This document shows positions 37,346-46,651 of a stretch of DNA of 64,000 nucleotides, piece by piece (position 1 is the stretch's first letter; each line of letters begins with the position of its first letter). This DNA is from a virus, in the IMG/VR virus record IMGVR_UViG_3300041809_000571, positions 115,841 through 179,840 of that record, one strand, 5' to 3'. The notes beneath the pieces are model-generated. The model was not told the DNA's origin and did not search any database. It saw only the letters and a list, made by a program, of their open reading frames with translations. The position numbers were made by a program, and so were the translations under genes.

Positions 37346-37602
37346 AAAAGTGCCGCTATCACGTTGACCACAAACCTTGGGTTATCTGGAGTGCCTGTGG
37401 CATCGGGATGCCATGGTTCAAATACATCATCACCTACGGGCAGTATCCCCACAAGGGTTGGGGAGCCAGAAAAGCCGCCAAGCGGATAATTGAGATGGAA
37501 TCCCAAAGGAACATGCGACCGGAGTTCTTCATCGCTCTACCCGAGGGGAAAATACCTCGCTGCCCGGCACCGAGGAGAATCCGACACCGGGGGCGAGCAT
37601 GA
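37342..37602 (+). CDS. Hypothetical basic protein
   Basis: Start at ATG 37342 after GGGAGG. Confidence 0.45.
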   Translation: MKKCRYHVDHKPWVIWSACGIGMPWFKYIITYGQYPHKGWGARKAAKRIIEMESQRNMRPEFFIALPEGKIPRCPAPRRIRHRGRA

Positions 37603-38153
37603 ACGGGGCGGAACTGACGATGATGATTATCCACTACCCGGACATCGAAATCCGGGCGTGGGACCCGGTCACTGGCGACTATCAAACGGTGTCTGCTATC
37701 GAGTTTAATGCCGCTGCCGAAGCGGTAGAGTTACACACATTCAAAACCATCAAACTAAAGGAGAAAACCATGGTATTCGTATTCGGTTCCAACGAAAAGG
37801 GCATTCACGGCGGCGGAGCGGCGAAATTCGCTGTCTTGAAACATGGAGCTATCTACGGTCAGGGCGTGGGACGGCAAGGCAACAGCTACGCCGTTCCCAC
37901 CTGCTGCCGTCCGGTTCATACGGGAGCGGACTGCCTCTCCTATGATGAAATCCAGAAATACGTGGACCAGTTCATCCAGTACGCCAAGGACAATCCGACC
38001 GAGGAATTCCAAGTCACACAGGTCGGTTGTGGCCTCGCCGGGCTTAACCCCGCCGACATCGCCCCCATGTTCGCCGCCGCCCCGGATAACTGTCTTTTTG
38101 ACAGCGCATGGGAACAGTGGCTCCCCGGCAAGAGGTTTTGGGGAACTTTCTAG
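37599..38153 (+). CDS. Hypothetical Rossmann-like protein with Gly-rich motif FGSNEKGIHGGGAA
   Basis: Conserved-looking glycine loop; family not assigned. Confidence 0.5.
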   Translation: MNGAELTMMIIHYPDIEIRAWDPVTGDYQTVSAIEFNAAAEAVELHTFKTIKLKEKTMVFVFGSNEKGIHGGGAAKFAVLKHGAIYGQGVGRQGNSYAVPTCCRPVHTGADCLSYDEIQKYVDQFIQYAKDNPTEEFQVTQVGCGLAGLNPADIAPMFAAAPDNCLFDSAWEQWLPGKRFWGTF

Positions 38154-38158
38154 GTTTT

Positions 38159-38171
38159 CAGTATTATAGGT
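38159..38171 (+). promoter_or_regulatory. CAGTATTATA-N3-ATG element
   Basis: Variant copy preceding the unannotated micro-ORF 38172. Confidence 0.4.
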
Positions 38172-38345
38172 ATGGGGGTAAAGTCGATGCTATCCCGTAT
38201 CCTGTTTGGAATGTTATGGTTAGTCAAAGTGGCCCTGTTGGGTTTGGGACTTATAGTCCTCGCATCGGTATGCTTTGGCTATTACTGCGGCATTAAAGCC
38301 GCTGCCGTCGAACGCCGCTATGCGGAAGAGGATGACTCATGTTGA
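38172..38345 (+). CDS. Small membrane protein (57 aa, 1 TM)
   Basis: Not in the ORF track (under 60 aa); translation MGVKSMLSRILFGMLWLVKVALLGLGLIVLASVCFGYYCG ...; preceded by CAGTATTATA plus 3 nt; ATGTTGA overlap with the next gene. Confidence 0.4.
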   Translation: MGVKSMLSRILFGMLWLVKVALLGLGLIVLASVCFGYYCGIKAAAVERRYAEEDDSC

Positions 38346-38776
38346 ACCGAATGACAGACCGGAACGGCTCTTTCCGAAAGCTCCTCGGAGCGGTCGGGGG
38401 AGCACTCTTGTTTGCCGATGGGACTTACGTGACGATGATTGGCGCTCTCCTCATCTTGTGGGCATTTTTTGAGGATTTCGGAAATCTCACACTGTGGGTC
38501 TTTGACGACCGTTGCACCAACAAGGCATACGATGCCCTCAAGAAAGACCCGCACGCCTCTGTAAACGCCTTCCACGCTCACCAAGTGGCATTGCGGCAGT
38601 ATGCTGAGCGGCAACACCGCACTTTTCGGCAGCGTATCGCCTTCGCTTGGCGGCGGCTCATAGCGAAGGCCAACCGGCTGGCGGACCAACTGGACCTTTG
38701 GGAGAGCAAGCTTACAATTCTGAACTTCTACGACAAGCTGTCCCGGCTGTACCGGGGCAGATGGGAGGAAGTGTGA
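38339..38776 (+). CDS. Membrane-associated hypothetical protein
   Basis: N-terminal hydrophobic segments; 145 aa. Confidence 0.5.
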   Translation: MLNRMTDRNGSFRKLLGAVGGALLFADGTYVTMIGALLILWAFFEDFGNLTLWVFDDRCTNKAYDALKKDPHASVNAFHAHQVALRQYAERQHRTFRQRIAFAWRRLIAKANRLADQLDLWESKLTILNFYDKLSRLYRGRWEEV

Positions 38777-38964
38777 AAATCGTTCTGGAAATGAACCACG
38801 ACGAAGCCCTATGCCTGCTGGAGAAACTCAGTGAGGCCGTTGTTACTGATGACACTCCCGAGCAGATTCCCACGACGCTCTTCAAGCGTCTCCGGGAAGC
38901 TATCAAACACCCGCAACCGGACAAAGAACCGGACATCGAAGCACCGGGAAGATTGGGGGATTGA
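38773..38964 (+). CDS. Hypothetical small acidic protein
   Basis: GTG start after GGGAGG; GTGTGA overlap. Confidence 0.35.
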   Translation: MKIVLEMNHDEALCLLEKLSEAVVTDDTPEQIPTTLFKRLREAIKHPQPDKEPDIEAPGRLGD

Positions 38965-39195
38965 ATGCTAAAGCCCTGTCAGCGCTGCAAAAGCCAGCGT
39001 ATGCTATTAGTTAACGGCAAGTGTTCCGACCTTTGCCAGCTTATCTATCAGGACAAAGAAGCGGACGGATACGTGCCCTACAACCTGAATGTTGGTGGGG
39101 GCGACTACATTGAATTCACCGTCTGCTTGGAATGCGGGCAGGTACAGGGAACATTCCCCGTGCCCGAGGAAACCGTGGCAGAGGTATTTCCATGA
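38965..39195 (+). CDS. Zn-ribbon protein
   Basis: CQRC ... C ... CLECG. Confidence 0.4.
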   Translation: MLKPCQRCKSQRMLLVNGKCSDLCQLIYQDKEADGYVPYNLNVGGGDYIEFTVCLECGQVQGTFPVPEETVAEVFP

Positions 39196-39389
39196 GCATG
39201 ATTGGTGACATCGCCACGGAGGCGACCGTCGAAGAGTTTGTGAAGGAAATTGACCGGCTCATCATCAAGCACCGGGATAGCCCGGAGGCGATGAAAGCCC
39301 TCAAGGAAGCCGGGCGGTTCGCCCTCACGCAATTTGATTACACCACCCCGGCGTGGGCACATACGTTCGCCGCCAAGTTCCGGGAGTAA
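39192..39389 (+). CDS. Hypothetical small protein
   Basis: ATGA-coupled start at 39192. Confidence 0.4.
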   Translation: MSMIGDIATEATVEEFVKEIDRLIIKHRDSPEAMKALKEAGRFALTQFDYTTPAWAHTFAAKFRE

Positions 39390-39413
39390 GAAAAACTACC
39401 CACTTTTTCTTAC
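39386..39413. terminator. Bidirectional hairpin between convergent genes
   Basis: GTAAGAAAAA ctacccac TTTTTCTTAC perfect 10-bp inverted repeat spanning both stop codons. Confidence 0.45.
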
Positions 39414-42400
39414 TCTTCTCGGGGCGGACCCGAGAACATCTCATCTTCAAACCACTCAATATGCGGCAGTTCCCGTGCGGAGGCTTTCTTGACTTCCGGC
39501 AGGGGTTCGACCTTGAGCACGAAGCCTGTCTCCGTCCCCTTGCCTCGGCCCTTACCTTTTGCTCTCAACCCCACGACAAACGGCGGCTCCCCTTCCAGCT
39601 TGTCAAGGAACCGCAGGTCATGCAGGTCCCCATCAATGACCGGGCGACCGTAGTACTGCGCCGGGAGCGGCTGCTTGGGCTTAAGGTCGAAGACCACGGC
39701 GACGGATACCCCGTGCTTTAATGCTTCCTGTACTTCCTTCTCATTTGTCTCCGACCGGCTGAACACAATGTCGTAGTTCTCCCGGATTTTCTCCCATGGC
39801 TTCGGGACCTTGGTGTAGTCGTAGAACTGCACCATGGGGTATTCCTTCGCCATCATGACCCCGAGGTTCGGCAAGTCGGAAGTACCGTTTATACGGATGG
39901 CGGGAAGGAGGTCCATCTTCTTCGCCTTACGGACAATTTTCTCAATGCTCTTGCGAAGCTCCTTGAGGAATGTTGGCCGGTCAGTGAAGTAGAGCTTGGT
40001 CTTGTAGATGCGTGAACCCTGAATCTTGGGAGAGTTCACCCACTCGCCTGCGGTGTTGAGGCAGTGGTGACGGCATTCCGGCGTGCTGAATGGACAGACG
40101 TTCCCATACCCGGATTTGTCGGCGGGCATCAGGTGCATGACCCCGGTCAGATATCCCTTGGGGATACCCTTCATCATCTTGCGGTTCTCCGTGTTCACAA
40201 GGGCGGGCTGGTAGGGCTTCTGCGTCTTGAGGTTCTTGGTAGTGACAAACTCCTTGGGCATGGGCCGGTCATCGGCGGCGGTCAGTCGCTTCTTAAGGGG
40301 GAACCACTGGTCCTTGGCCCCGGACCACTTGTCCTTAATAGTATAGCCCTCCAACATCACGGGAGCGCCCTCAATCAGCCGGACTTCATCCTCGCCGCCG
40401 TAGAGGTTCAACTCCATGGTCATATCCCAGTCAATGGAGCTTGCCGGAACCTTCGCTCTCAGGATAAACTCCTCACCGCCCATACCGGCATAAGGTACCG
40501 CCATGTTCTCCCGGAAGGTCCACGCCACACCCAACTTCGTGGTATCGAGGTCTTCAATGCTCCCCAGCTTGACGGCCCGCCAGATAGTAATCGGGAACCT
40601 CCAAGAACTGAACGTCTGCACAAAGCCGTCATAGATGTCCCGGAGTTCCTCTGACTCTGCAAGATTCTCCTCACCTTGTTCCGCTGCCTCATTTTCCAAA
40701 TAGGGGTGGAAACCATCAATCCATTCCTCATAGGGAGGCCACACGAACTTGCCCGCCGTCTTGGAAGCTCCCCGGTAATAGGGTGCTTCCTCAGTATTCT
40801 CCAGTCCCTTGAGGTAACCATGCTGAGACTCGTTGAAGTTGATGATGCGGACCTTGTCCCAGTCGATAAGCTGATTGAGCTTGTGCGCCCCGCCCGCTCC
40901 CAACACCGGTTGATTGAATAGCAGCACTTGGTGGGGGACCTGTGTGGTGCCGTGCTTGTCGTAGATACCGTCATACCCGGCGTCAATGAGTTCTCTCTGC
41001 GTCGGTGCCTTGCTGATAAACCGATGGCTCTCTCCTCCCATGGAGGACACCCACTCGCCTTGCGGGTTTTTCACTGCCAACTTTAGAGGACGGGTGAAGT
41101 GAAGCTCCATGAAAGCTCCCTGCGCCCGGCCTGCCGCCCACGGGCTGGTGCGGTTCATAGACGGGTGGGTATAGACTCCCACTCCCATCTCATTGTAGCC
41201 CTCGGTCTCACCATAGAAGCTCTTCTGAGTCTTTATCTTCTTCGCCCGGTAAGCTGAGGTACCGTGATAGAGCGGACGGCTCCAAGTTGCCTCTTCAACC
41301 TCAACCGGCTCCTTGGCTGACCGCTTCTGCAACCGCTGCTCACGCTCTGCTATCTCCTCGGGCGTCATATGGTAAATGGTGGTGGTGCCCTCACGAGTCC
41401 AGTAGCCGGGAAGGTCTGCTTCTCTCCAAGCGCCGGGGGGAAGACCCTCTTGAGATACCACCTCTTCCTCTTCCGGCTCGTTGATGGGAGTGATGCTATA
41501 GTCATCAGCGAGAAGGATGTCGTCACCATCCGGGTAATTGTGAGGGATAATCCAACCGGGTAATCCCGACTCCGGGAGGCTGTCCAATATCTCCTCAGTG
41601 CCATACTGTGACCGCAGCCCGAACATATCTTCCAATCTCTCCAAGTCATCCCCGCCGTCTATTCGAGGTAGACGAATGGGCTTGGTGACTTGGTACTCCA
41701 AGATGCGGAAATTCCCCTCTTCTCCCCCATGCCAGCCTTGGAAGTTTTCCGCCACGGAACGGGAGGTGCTAAACCATGCCGGGGTTTGGATGTCCATTGC
41801 TGGAAAATCCTCCGCCGTGCCGTGATAGAGGATAGTGCCCTTGGGGATGAGGTAAGTCTTGCGCCAGCGCCTCCACCATTCACCGGAACTCCACTTGTGG
41901 ACGGAGCCGGGCGGCATCCAGTCAACCACCTCATAGGTTTCGGAATGGGGATACTTTCGCTTGATAGCCTCTATCACCTCGGGAGGAGTAAACTTAAGGT
42001 CAAATCTCCTTCCTCCCCACGGACCGAAAACCACCGTGTCGTCTAGGCTCTCTTCGGGATTCTTGGAGTAATCGTAATCTTCGGCGTCCGTCCAGACGTA
42101 GATTTGTTCCTTGTCGTTGTCGATATAAAAATTTCCCCTCGGGATGCGGTCGAACTCCGGTCCCCGGTCAGGGATTCCCATGCGAGCAAACCAATCGGTA
42201 TGCGCCATTCCTCTTGGGCTAAGGAGAGCTTTGCCTTCCCATATCGCCCACGGGTATCCTACCAATCCGGCTATCTTCATAGCTGCCCGTAGACTGGGGT
42301 GCATATCCCGCTCAATGTCAGTGCTGCCTTTGCAGTCCAAGCAGAAATAAGTGTCGGTGGTCGGTGAATGCATCGCCCATGCTGTCTGGTCCGAACCGCA

Positions 42401-44110
42401 ACGAGGACAGAAGCCGCCCCACTCCGAGGCGGTCTTAGCAGTCTTAGCGGTCATCAAGGGTTGGATTACATCCTTACCCCAGTACCGATAATCAGCATCC
42501 ACAGTGGGAGACACAAGGGCAAAATAGGTCACCGCTCCTTGGTCCACGACGTAGGGGATGTATCCACTGGCGGCTGCTCCTAACCGTGCCATGCGTGCAT
42601 ACAGGGCGGCTCTCCCAGCGCCCTCCGCCGAAAAGTACATCGCCGGGGGGCGGAGATTGCGCAGGGCACTCATGACCAGACCGCCTACCTTGGTGAACAC
42701 CTCGGCGACGTGTCCGGTATTGGTAGTCCCGTAGGCACCCAGCAGGTTGGCATCGGCATTCAGGAAGAGGAAACTGACCGCCCGGTTACCAAAGGTAGGA
42801 AGCCCCGGCTCGGCATCCGTCCAACTCTGCATGACAGCGGTGTAGGGGATGTATCCCTTCTGTGTCTCGGGGGCCTTGATGTAAAATTGGGAAATCCAGC
42901 GGTCCCCGCTGGCATACCGCCAGTCTTCCCAATCGGCTGGCTCCGGGGCCTTGCGGTCAGCGGTCTTCTGGAAAAGCCCGGCGTTCTGGTCGATGAACTG
43001 CACGGCAAGAGCCGTATCATTTAGGTCTTGCGTGCTCATCGCTTGCAGTTGTTCGGGAGTAACCTCGTACACCGAGATTTTGGTTTCGGGTTTGCCGGGA
43101 TACTGCCGTCGTGCCGTTTCTGCTTTAACAAGAGCGTTGAAATCGTGAGGTCCCTTGGAGTCAATGGCAAGCTCTCCCTTGCGACAGAAAGCATGAACCA
43201 CTGTCTTCTGTTCCCCGGATTCCTCCACGATTGCCCATATCGGCCAGCCAAACTTCTGATGCAAGGCATTGGCAAAGACAGTACAGTAGCCTCCTTGCCA
43301 GCGTTCGCCCGCTGCCGTCTTAGGTTGAGCGAAAGTTACGTCACTGTCATAGACACTATAGTCCATGCCGCTCCTGCTCCACTTCACCGTCAGGAACCGT
43401 TCATTGCCGCCGTGATATTTCTGACGAACATCCTCGCCCGCATCATTAGTCTCCATGATTTCCCGGACGCCCAAGAGAGTACCCTTCTCTCCTGTGGACT
43501 TACGGATGACCGTGCAACCGATTTCACCCGGCTTGGCAAGAGCGTTATCTACCCGGTAAATATGAGAGGGGTCAAAGACTACTATCTGCGGTCCTATATC
43601 TAAAGTTTTCCATCCCCCTCCCTTATGATAGACGGCGTCGAACTTAGACTTAAGAGTCTCAGTCATCTGCTGAGTGGCTTTTACTCTACTCCATGTGGAG
43701 GTATCGGGGTCATAACCATTTTTTAACCACCACTTCATCATTGTATGAGGGGTATTGAAATTTATAGATTCAAGCCGTGGGACATCTAAGTAATAGACCT
43801 TAAGCCCTTTCAGGCTATTACCATTAAACTTTTTTCCAACTGACTGGGAAGGCGTCATATATACACCAAAACCTAAAAAGTGAATTGGTGGAGGAAGTCC
43901 CATAGCATATTCCCGATTTTCCTCAAACCCATGAGAAACCGGACCCTGACCAGCCTCGCCCTCGAATACCTTAAACCCCTCTTGGTCAATTAACTCTCGT
44001 GCTTCCGATGTAGTTCCATGGTATACTGGACCAAACAAATGCCGGTCTAACGCCTCTTGGAGAGAGATTGTCTGTGCTTTCGGAAATGCAGTTTTAGATA
44101 CATTCGTCAT
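39410..44110 (-). CDS. Giant polyvalent protein (1566 aa) with three H-Y-E type ADP-ribosyltransferase-like modules and a Cys-cluster C-terminal domain
   Basis: ART signatures VYHGTTS, ILYHGTAEDF ... AWFSTS ... FRILEYQV (PARP/diphtheria-toxin-like His, Tyr/Ser and Glu positions) and PLYHGTSAY; C-terminal CPFSTPECRHHC cluster; recurrent PDRGPEFDRIPRG module. Confidence 0.8.
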   Translation of the reverse strand: MTNVSKTAFPKAQTISLQEALDRHLFGPVYHGTTSEARELIDQEGFKVFEGEAGQGPVSHGFEENREYAMGLPPPIHFLGFGVYMTPSQSVGKKFNGNSLKGLKVYYLDVPRLESINFNTPHTMMKWWLKNGYDPDTSTWSRVKATQQMTETLKSKFDAVYHKGGGWKTLDIGPQIVVFDPSHIYRVDNALAKPGEIGCTVIRKSTGEKGTLLGVREIMETNDAGEDVRQKYHGGNERFLTVKWSRSGMDYSVYDSDVTFAQPKTAAGERWQGGYCTVFANALHQKFGWPIWAIVEESGEQKTVVHAFCRKGELAIDSKGPHDFNALVKAETARRQYPGKPETKISVYEVTPEQLQAMSTQDLNDTALAVQFIDQNAGLFQKTADRKAPEPADWEDWRYASGDRWISQFYIKAPETQKGYIPYTAVMQSWTDAEPGLPTFGNRAVSFLFLNADANLLGAYGTTNTGHVAEVFTKVGGLVMSALRNLRPPAMYFSAEGAGRAALYARMARLGAAASGYIPYVVDQGAVTYFALVSPTVDADYRYWGKDVIQPLMTAKTAKTASEWGGFCPRCGSDQTAWAMHSPTTDTYFCLDCKGSTDIERDMHPSLRAAMKIAGLVGYPWAIWEGKALLSPRGMAHTDWFARMGIPDRGPEFDRIPRGNFYIDNDKEQIYVWTDAEDYDYSKNPEESLDDTVVFGPWGGRRFDLKFTPPEVIEAIKRKYPHSETYEVVDWMPPGSVHKWSSGEWWRRWRKTYLIPKGTILYHGTAEDFPAMDIQTPAWFSTSRSVAENFQGWHGGEEGNFRILEYQVTKPIRLPRIDGGDDLERLEDMFGLRSQYGTEEILDSLPESGLPGWIIPHNYPDGDDILLADDYSITPINEPEEEEVVSQEGLPPGAWREADLPGYWTREGTTTIYHMTPEEIAEREQRLQKRSAKEPVEVEEATWSRPLYHGTSAYRAKKIKTQKSFYGETEGYNEMGVGVYTHPSMNRTSPWAAGRAQGAFMELHFTRPLKLAVKNPQGEWVSSMGGESHRFISKAPTQRELIDAGYDGIYDKHGTTQVPHQVLLFNQPVLGAGGAHKLNQLIDWDKVRIINFNESQHGYLKGLENTEEAPYYRGASKTAGKFVWPPYEEWIDGFHPYLENEAAEQGEENLAESEELRDIYDGFVQTFSSWRFPITIWRAVKLGSIEDLDTTKLGVAWTFRENMAVPYAGMGGEEFILRAKVPASSIDWDMTMELNLYGGEDEVRLIEGAPVMLEGYTIKDKWSGAKDQWFPLKKRLTAADDRPMPKEFVTTKNLKTQKPYQPALVNTENRKMMKGIPKGYLTGVMHLMPADKSGYGNVCPFSTPECRHHCLNTAGEWVNSPKIQGSRIYKTKLYFTDRPTFLKELRKSIEKIVRKAKKMDLLPAIRINGTSDLPNLGVMMAKEYPMVQFYDYTKVPKPWEKIRENYDIVFSRSETNEKEVQEALKHGVSVAVVFDLKPKQPLPAQYYGRPVIDGDLHDLRFLDKLEGEPPFVVGLRAKGKGRGKGTETGFVLKVEPLPEVKKASARELPHIEWFEDEMFSGPPREE

Positions 44111-44973
44111 ACCGTTTCCTTAATAGCACAACGATACCCACTCCAATCGTTATACCGCCCATGAGCTACATACAAAAGCATATGATAGTTAACCCCGGAG
44201 TTCCTACACCACGCCTTAAGATTTCTTATCTCAAGGGTTTCTCCTGCGGGAGTGGAAACAGCATATACCCGTTTGGTTGGGTGACCATACCTCCTGAAGT
44301 TTTCTAGCCTCTTTTGATTAGCTATCCTAATGCTTTCGGGACTTAATTGTTTTGGCTTACCCATCAATGCGCTAGAGATTAAATTTCTATGATTCTCTGA
44401 AAAAACACCCCGCTTTCTTCCCGCATTCTTTTTGGAAATCAAAGCCTTTGTCTCTTTAGAGTGTTGTTTTCCGTAAAAGGAGTTGTTAACCCCGGTGGTA
44501 TCTCTATGGATTTCATGCATAAGTTTTTTGGTTTCCTCGGAGTGGTTTTTACCGAAAAACGGATTGTTCTTTCCACTGCGAGCTTCCCCCGTTATCTTGC
44601 TCCGTTGCTCTGTATCCCATACATACCCAGAAATACCCTCTCCCCCTTCGGTAACATTTGTCAGAGGCCCCTCTCCAAGATTAAAACGCCCAATTAGACA
44701 AATGATTTTCTTCTCAAGAGTAAATGCTCTTTCCTCAGACAAAGTATCCTTTATTATGACTACGGTTGGAGATTTTCCGATGTCTAATAACTTTTGTATT
44801 ATCCTATCTTTATGCGGATTGTGGTGCTTTCCTATGTAACAGGAATGACGCCACGCCCGCCTCCCTTTTCCCTTTCCCACGTAAAATGGCTGATAAGAAA
44901 GTAGTATTTCCCCATACACATACTTTCCCGGCTTCCTTGGGTCGCACAATATGTAAACATAAAATCCACTCAT
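44107..44973 (-). CDS. GIY-YIG homing endonuclease with NUMOD3 repeats
   Basis: GFYVYIL ... FYVGKGKG ... R ... H ... E ... N GIY-YIG core; three NUMOD3-like repeats (GKNNPFFGKNHSEETKK, GVNNSFYGKQHSKETK, GVFSENHRNLIS). Confidence 0.8.
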   Translation of the reverse strand: MSGFYVYILCDPRKPGKYVYGEILLSYQPFYVGKGKGRRAWRHSCYIGKHHNPHKDRIIQKLLDIGKSPTVVIIKDTLSEERAFTLEKKIICLIGRFNLGEGPLTNVTEGGEGISGYVWDTEQRSKITGEARSGKNNPFFGKNHSEETKKLMHEIHRDTTGVNNSFYGKQHSKETKALISKKNAGRKRGVFSENHRNLISSALMGKPKQLSPESIRIANQKRLENFRRYGHPTKRVYAVSTPAGETLEIRNLKAWCRNSGVNYHMLLYVAHGRYNDWSGYRCAIKETV

Positions 44974-45001
44974 ACTTATGAACCCAATAGTCGGTATATA
45001 C

Positions 45002-46651
45002 TTAACTACCAGAATTTACAAGCAGCCACTCCGCTAACTCAGGGGGAATCTTATGATTTGTTATTGAAGCTGTTTTCTGGCTGGCGGTTACTCCCGTATC
45101 TCCCTTGGCAACCTTGATGTATTTCGGAGGGACAGCGCCGTACAGGATGACAGTGTTGGGGGACATCCCCTGTTCATAGTCGTAATGGTAGTCGTCATCT
45201 CCCAGAGCGTGGGCGAGATACTCCCGTGCCTCTCCCTCGGCGATGTCGGATTCCCTTCCAGCAAAAGGTAAGCTGCTGGGAGGAAGCTCCCGTTTCATAG
45301 CCTCAGTGTCGATTTCCAACACAGTGTCGTAATAGTAGCTGGACTCATCCCAATCGGTGCTGGTGAAGACCGCCGCTCCCGTGCTTCGGTTGCTCAATCC
45401 CCGAGTCTCGTTCATGGAGAGCAACCCCTGTTGCAGGATGGTCTCCACCTTGTTCTCATCCGTCCCATGATACAAGGTGGAAGGGTAGGCCCAAAATTCC
45501 TTGTTAAATTTTTCTTCCGAATCAGGCAGGAACTTCTCGGCATTGTAATCGAAGAGGAGGTCTCGAACGTCAGACCACATGGTGAAGGTTCCGTCATCAT
45601 CCACGGCGACCACCGCACCGCCCACCTCATAAAGCCTGCCACCATTGTAGGCGAGCGCCATCTCCGCTCCATGCTGAGCGAGGATGGCTTCCACTTTTGG
45701 CAAGTCACCCTCCACCTCATAGAGGGCGTTTTCCAAAGTGTTGTATCCTGCGTATCCCCGCTTGCTGACAAAGAATGCTTTCTTGAGGGCGGCGGTGAAC
45801 TCTGCCTTCTGTGGGTCGTATTGTTGTGCAAATGCTGACTTAATTTGGTTAGGCTCGAAGGCTATCCAAGCGACTCCACCTTCCACCAGATTCTTGTAAC
45901 GGATACCGTCGTGCCCTGCGGCTTGCAGCTTTGTTCTTGCTTGCATGGCGAGGTCATAGGCGGCATCTTTGAGCATCTCCTCTTCCCCCTCTTCGGGGTG
46001 CATACGCTCGAACAGCCACTCATTCTGTCCCTGCCGGAAAGTTGTATCAGTATCGTACTCTTGATACCACTCATCGGCTTTTTGTGTGGAACTTTCCTCA
46101 TCCTCGGGGCTTATGCCATCGGCTATCATGGCGGACTGCAAAAGCTCCTCTTCATACCCACCTATCTTCCCCTGATAGATGAACTGGAGCATGTTCTTTT
46201 CGCTGCCAAAGTCCTTGGGGTTGATTATGCGGAGATACACGGGAATGACACGGGGTTTTTCTTCGTCGCCCTCATACCGGGTCTGGGTCCACCCCTTGCC
46301 CATAGCGAACATATCAGCGACCTTGGGGTCTACAGCGAAGTGCGCTCCCATGAAAGCGCCGGGGTCCCAGCCGCTACCGGAGGACAGCGGCTCGCCCGTC
46401 TCCGTGGTCACAACACCGTCTGTGCTGAACTCCTCGAAGTCCACCGATGACCGGGTGCCGTGGTAGACTCGGAGCGGTCGGCCCTGCTGGTCCACCACCT
46501 TGGACCCGGCAAACCAACGCCGGAAATTAGGAGACTCCACACCGGCTCCCCTTTTAGGTGAGGCAGTTTTTCTGGGCCGAGTAATCTGGTGCGCTACCCG
46601 AGCCAACTCCTCATCCGTTACGGAGTTAGTGTCCTTTTCGAGTAAGTCCAT
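45002..46651 (-). CDS. Polyvalent-family protein (549 aa) with two ART-like modules
   Basis: RVYHGTRSS and TLYHGTDENK ... AAVFTSTDW signatures. Confidence 0.7.
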   Translation of the reverse strand: MDLLEKDTNSVTDEELARVAHQITRPRKTASPKRGAGVESPNFRRWFAGSKVVDQQGRPLRVYHGTRSSVDFEEFSTDGVVTTETGEPLSSGSGWDPGAFMGAHFAVDPKVADMFAMGKGWTQTRYEGDEEKPRVIPVYLRIINPKDFGSEKNMLQFIYQGKIGGYEEELLQSAMIADGISPEDEESSTQKADEWYQEYDTDTTFRQGQNEWLFERMHPEEGEEEMLKDAAYDLAMQARTKLQAAGHDGIRYKNLVEGGVAWIAFEPNQIKSAFAQQYDPQKAEFTAALKKAFFVSKRGYAGYNTLENALYEVEGDLPKVEAILAQHGAEMALAYNGGRLYEVGGAVVAVDDDGTFTMWSDVRDLLFDYNAEKFLPDSEEKFNKEFWAYPSTLYHGTDENKVETILQQGLLSMNETRGLSNRSTGAAVFTSTDWDESSYYYDTVLEIDTEAMKRELPPSSLPFAGRESDIAEGEAREYLAHALGDDDYHYDYEQGMSPNTVILYGAVPPKYIKVAKGDTGVTASQKTASITNHKIPPELAEWLLVNSGS

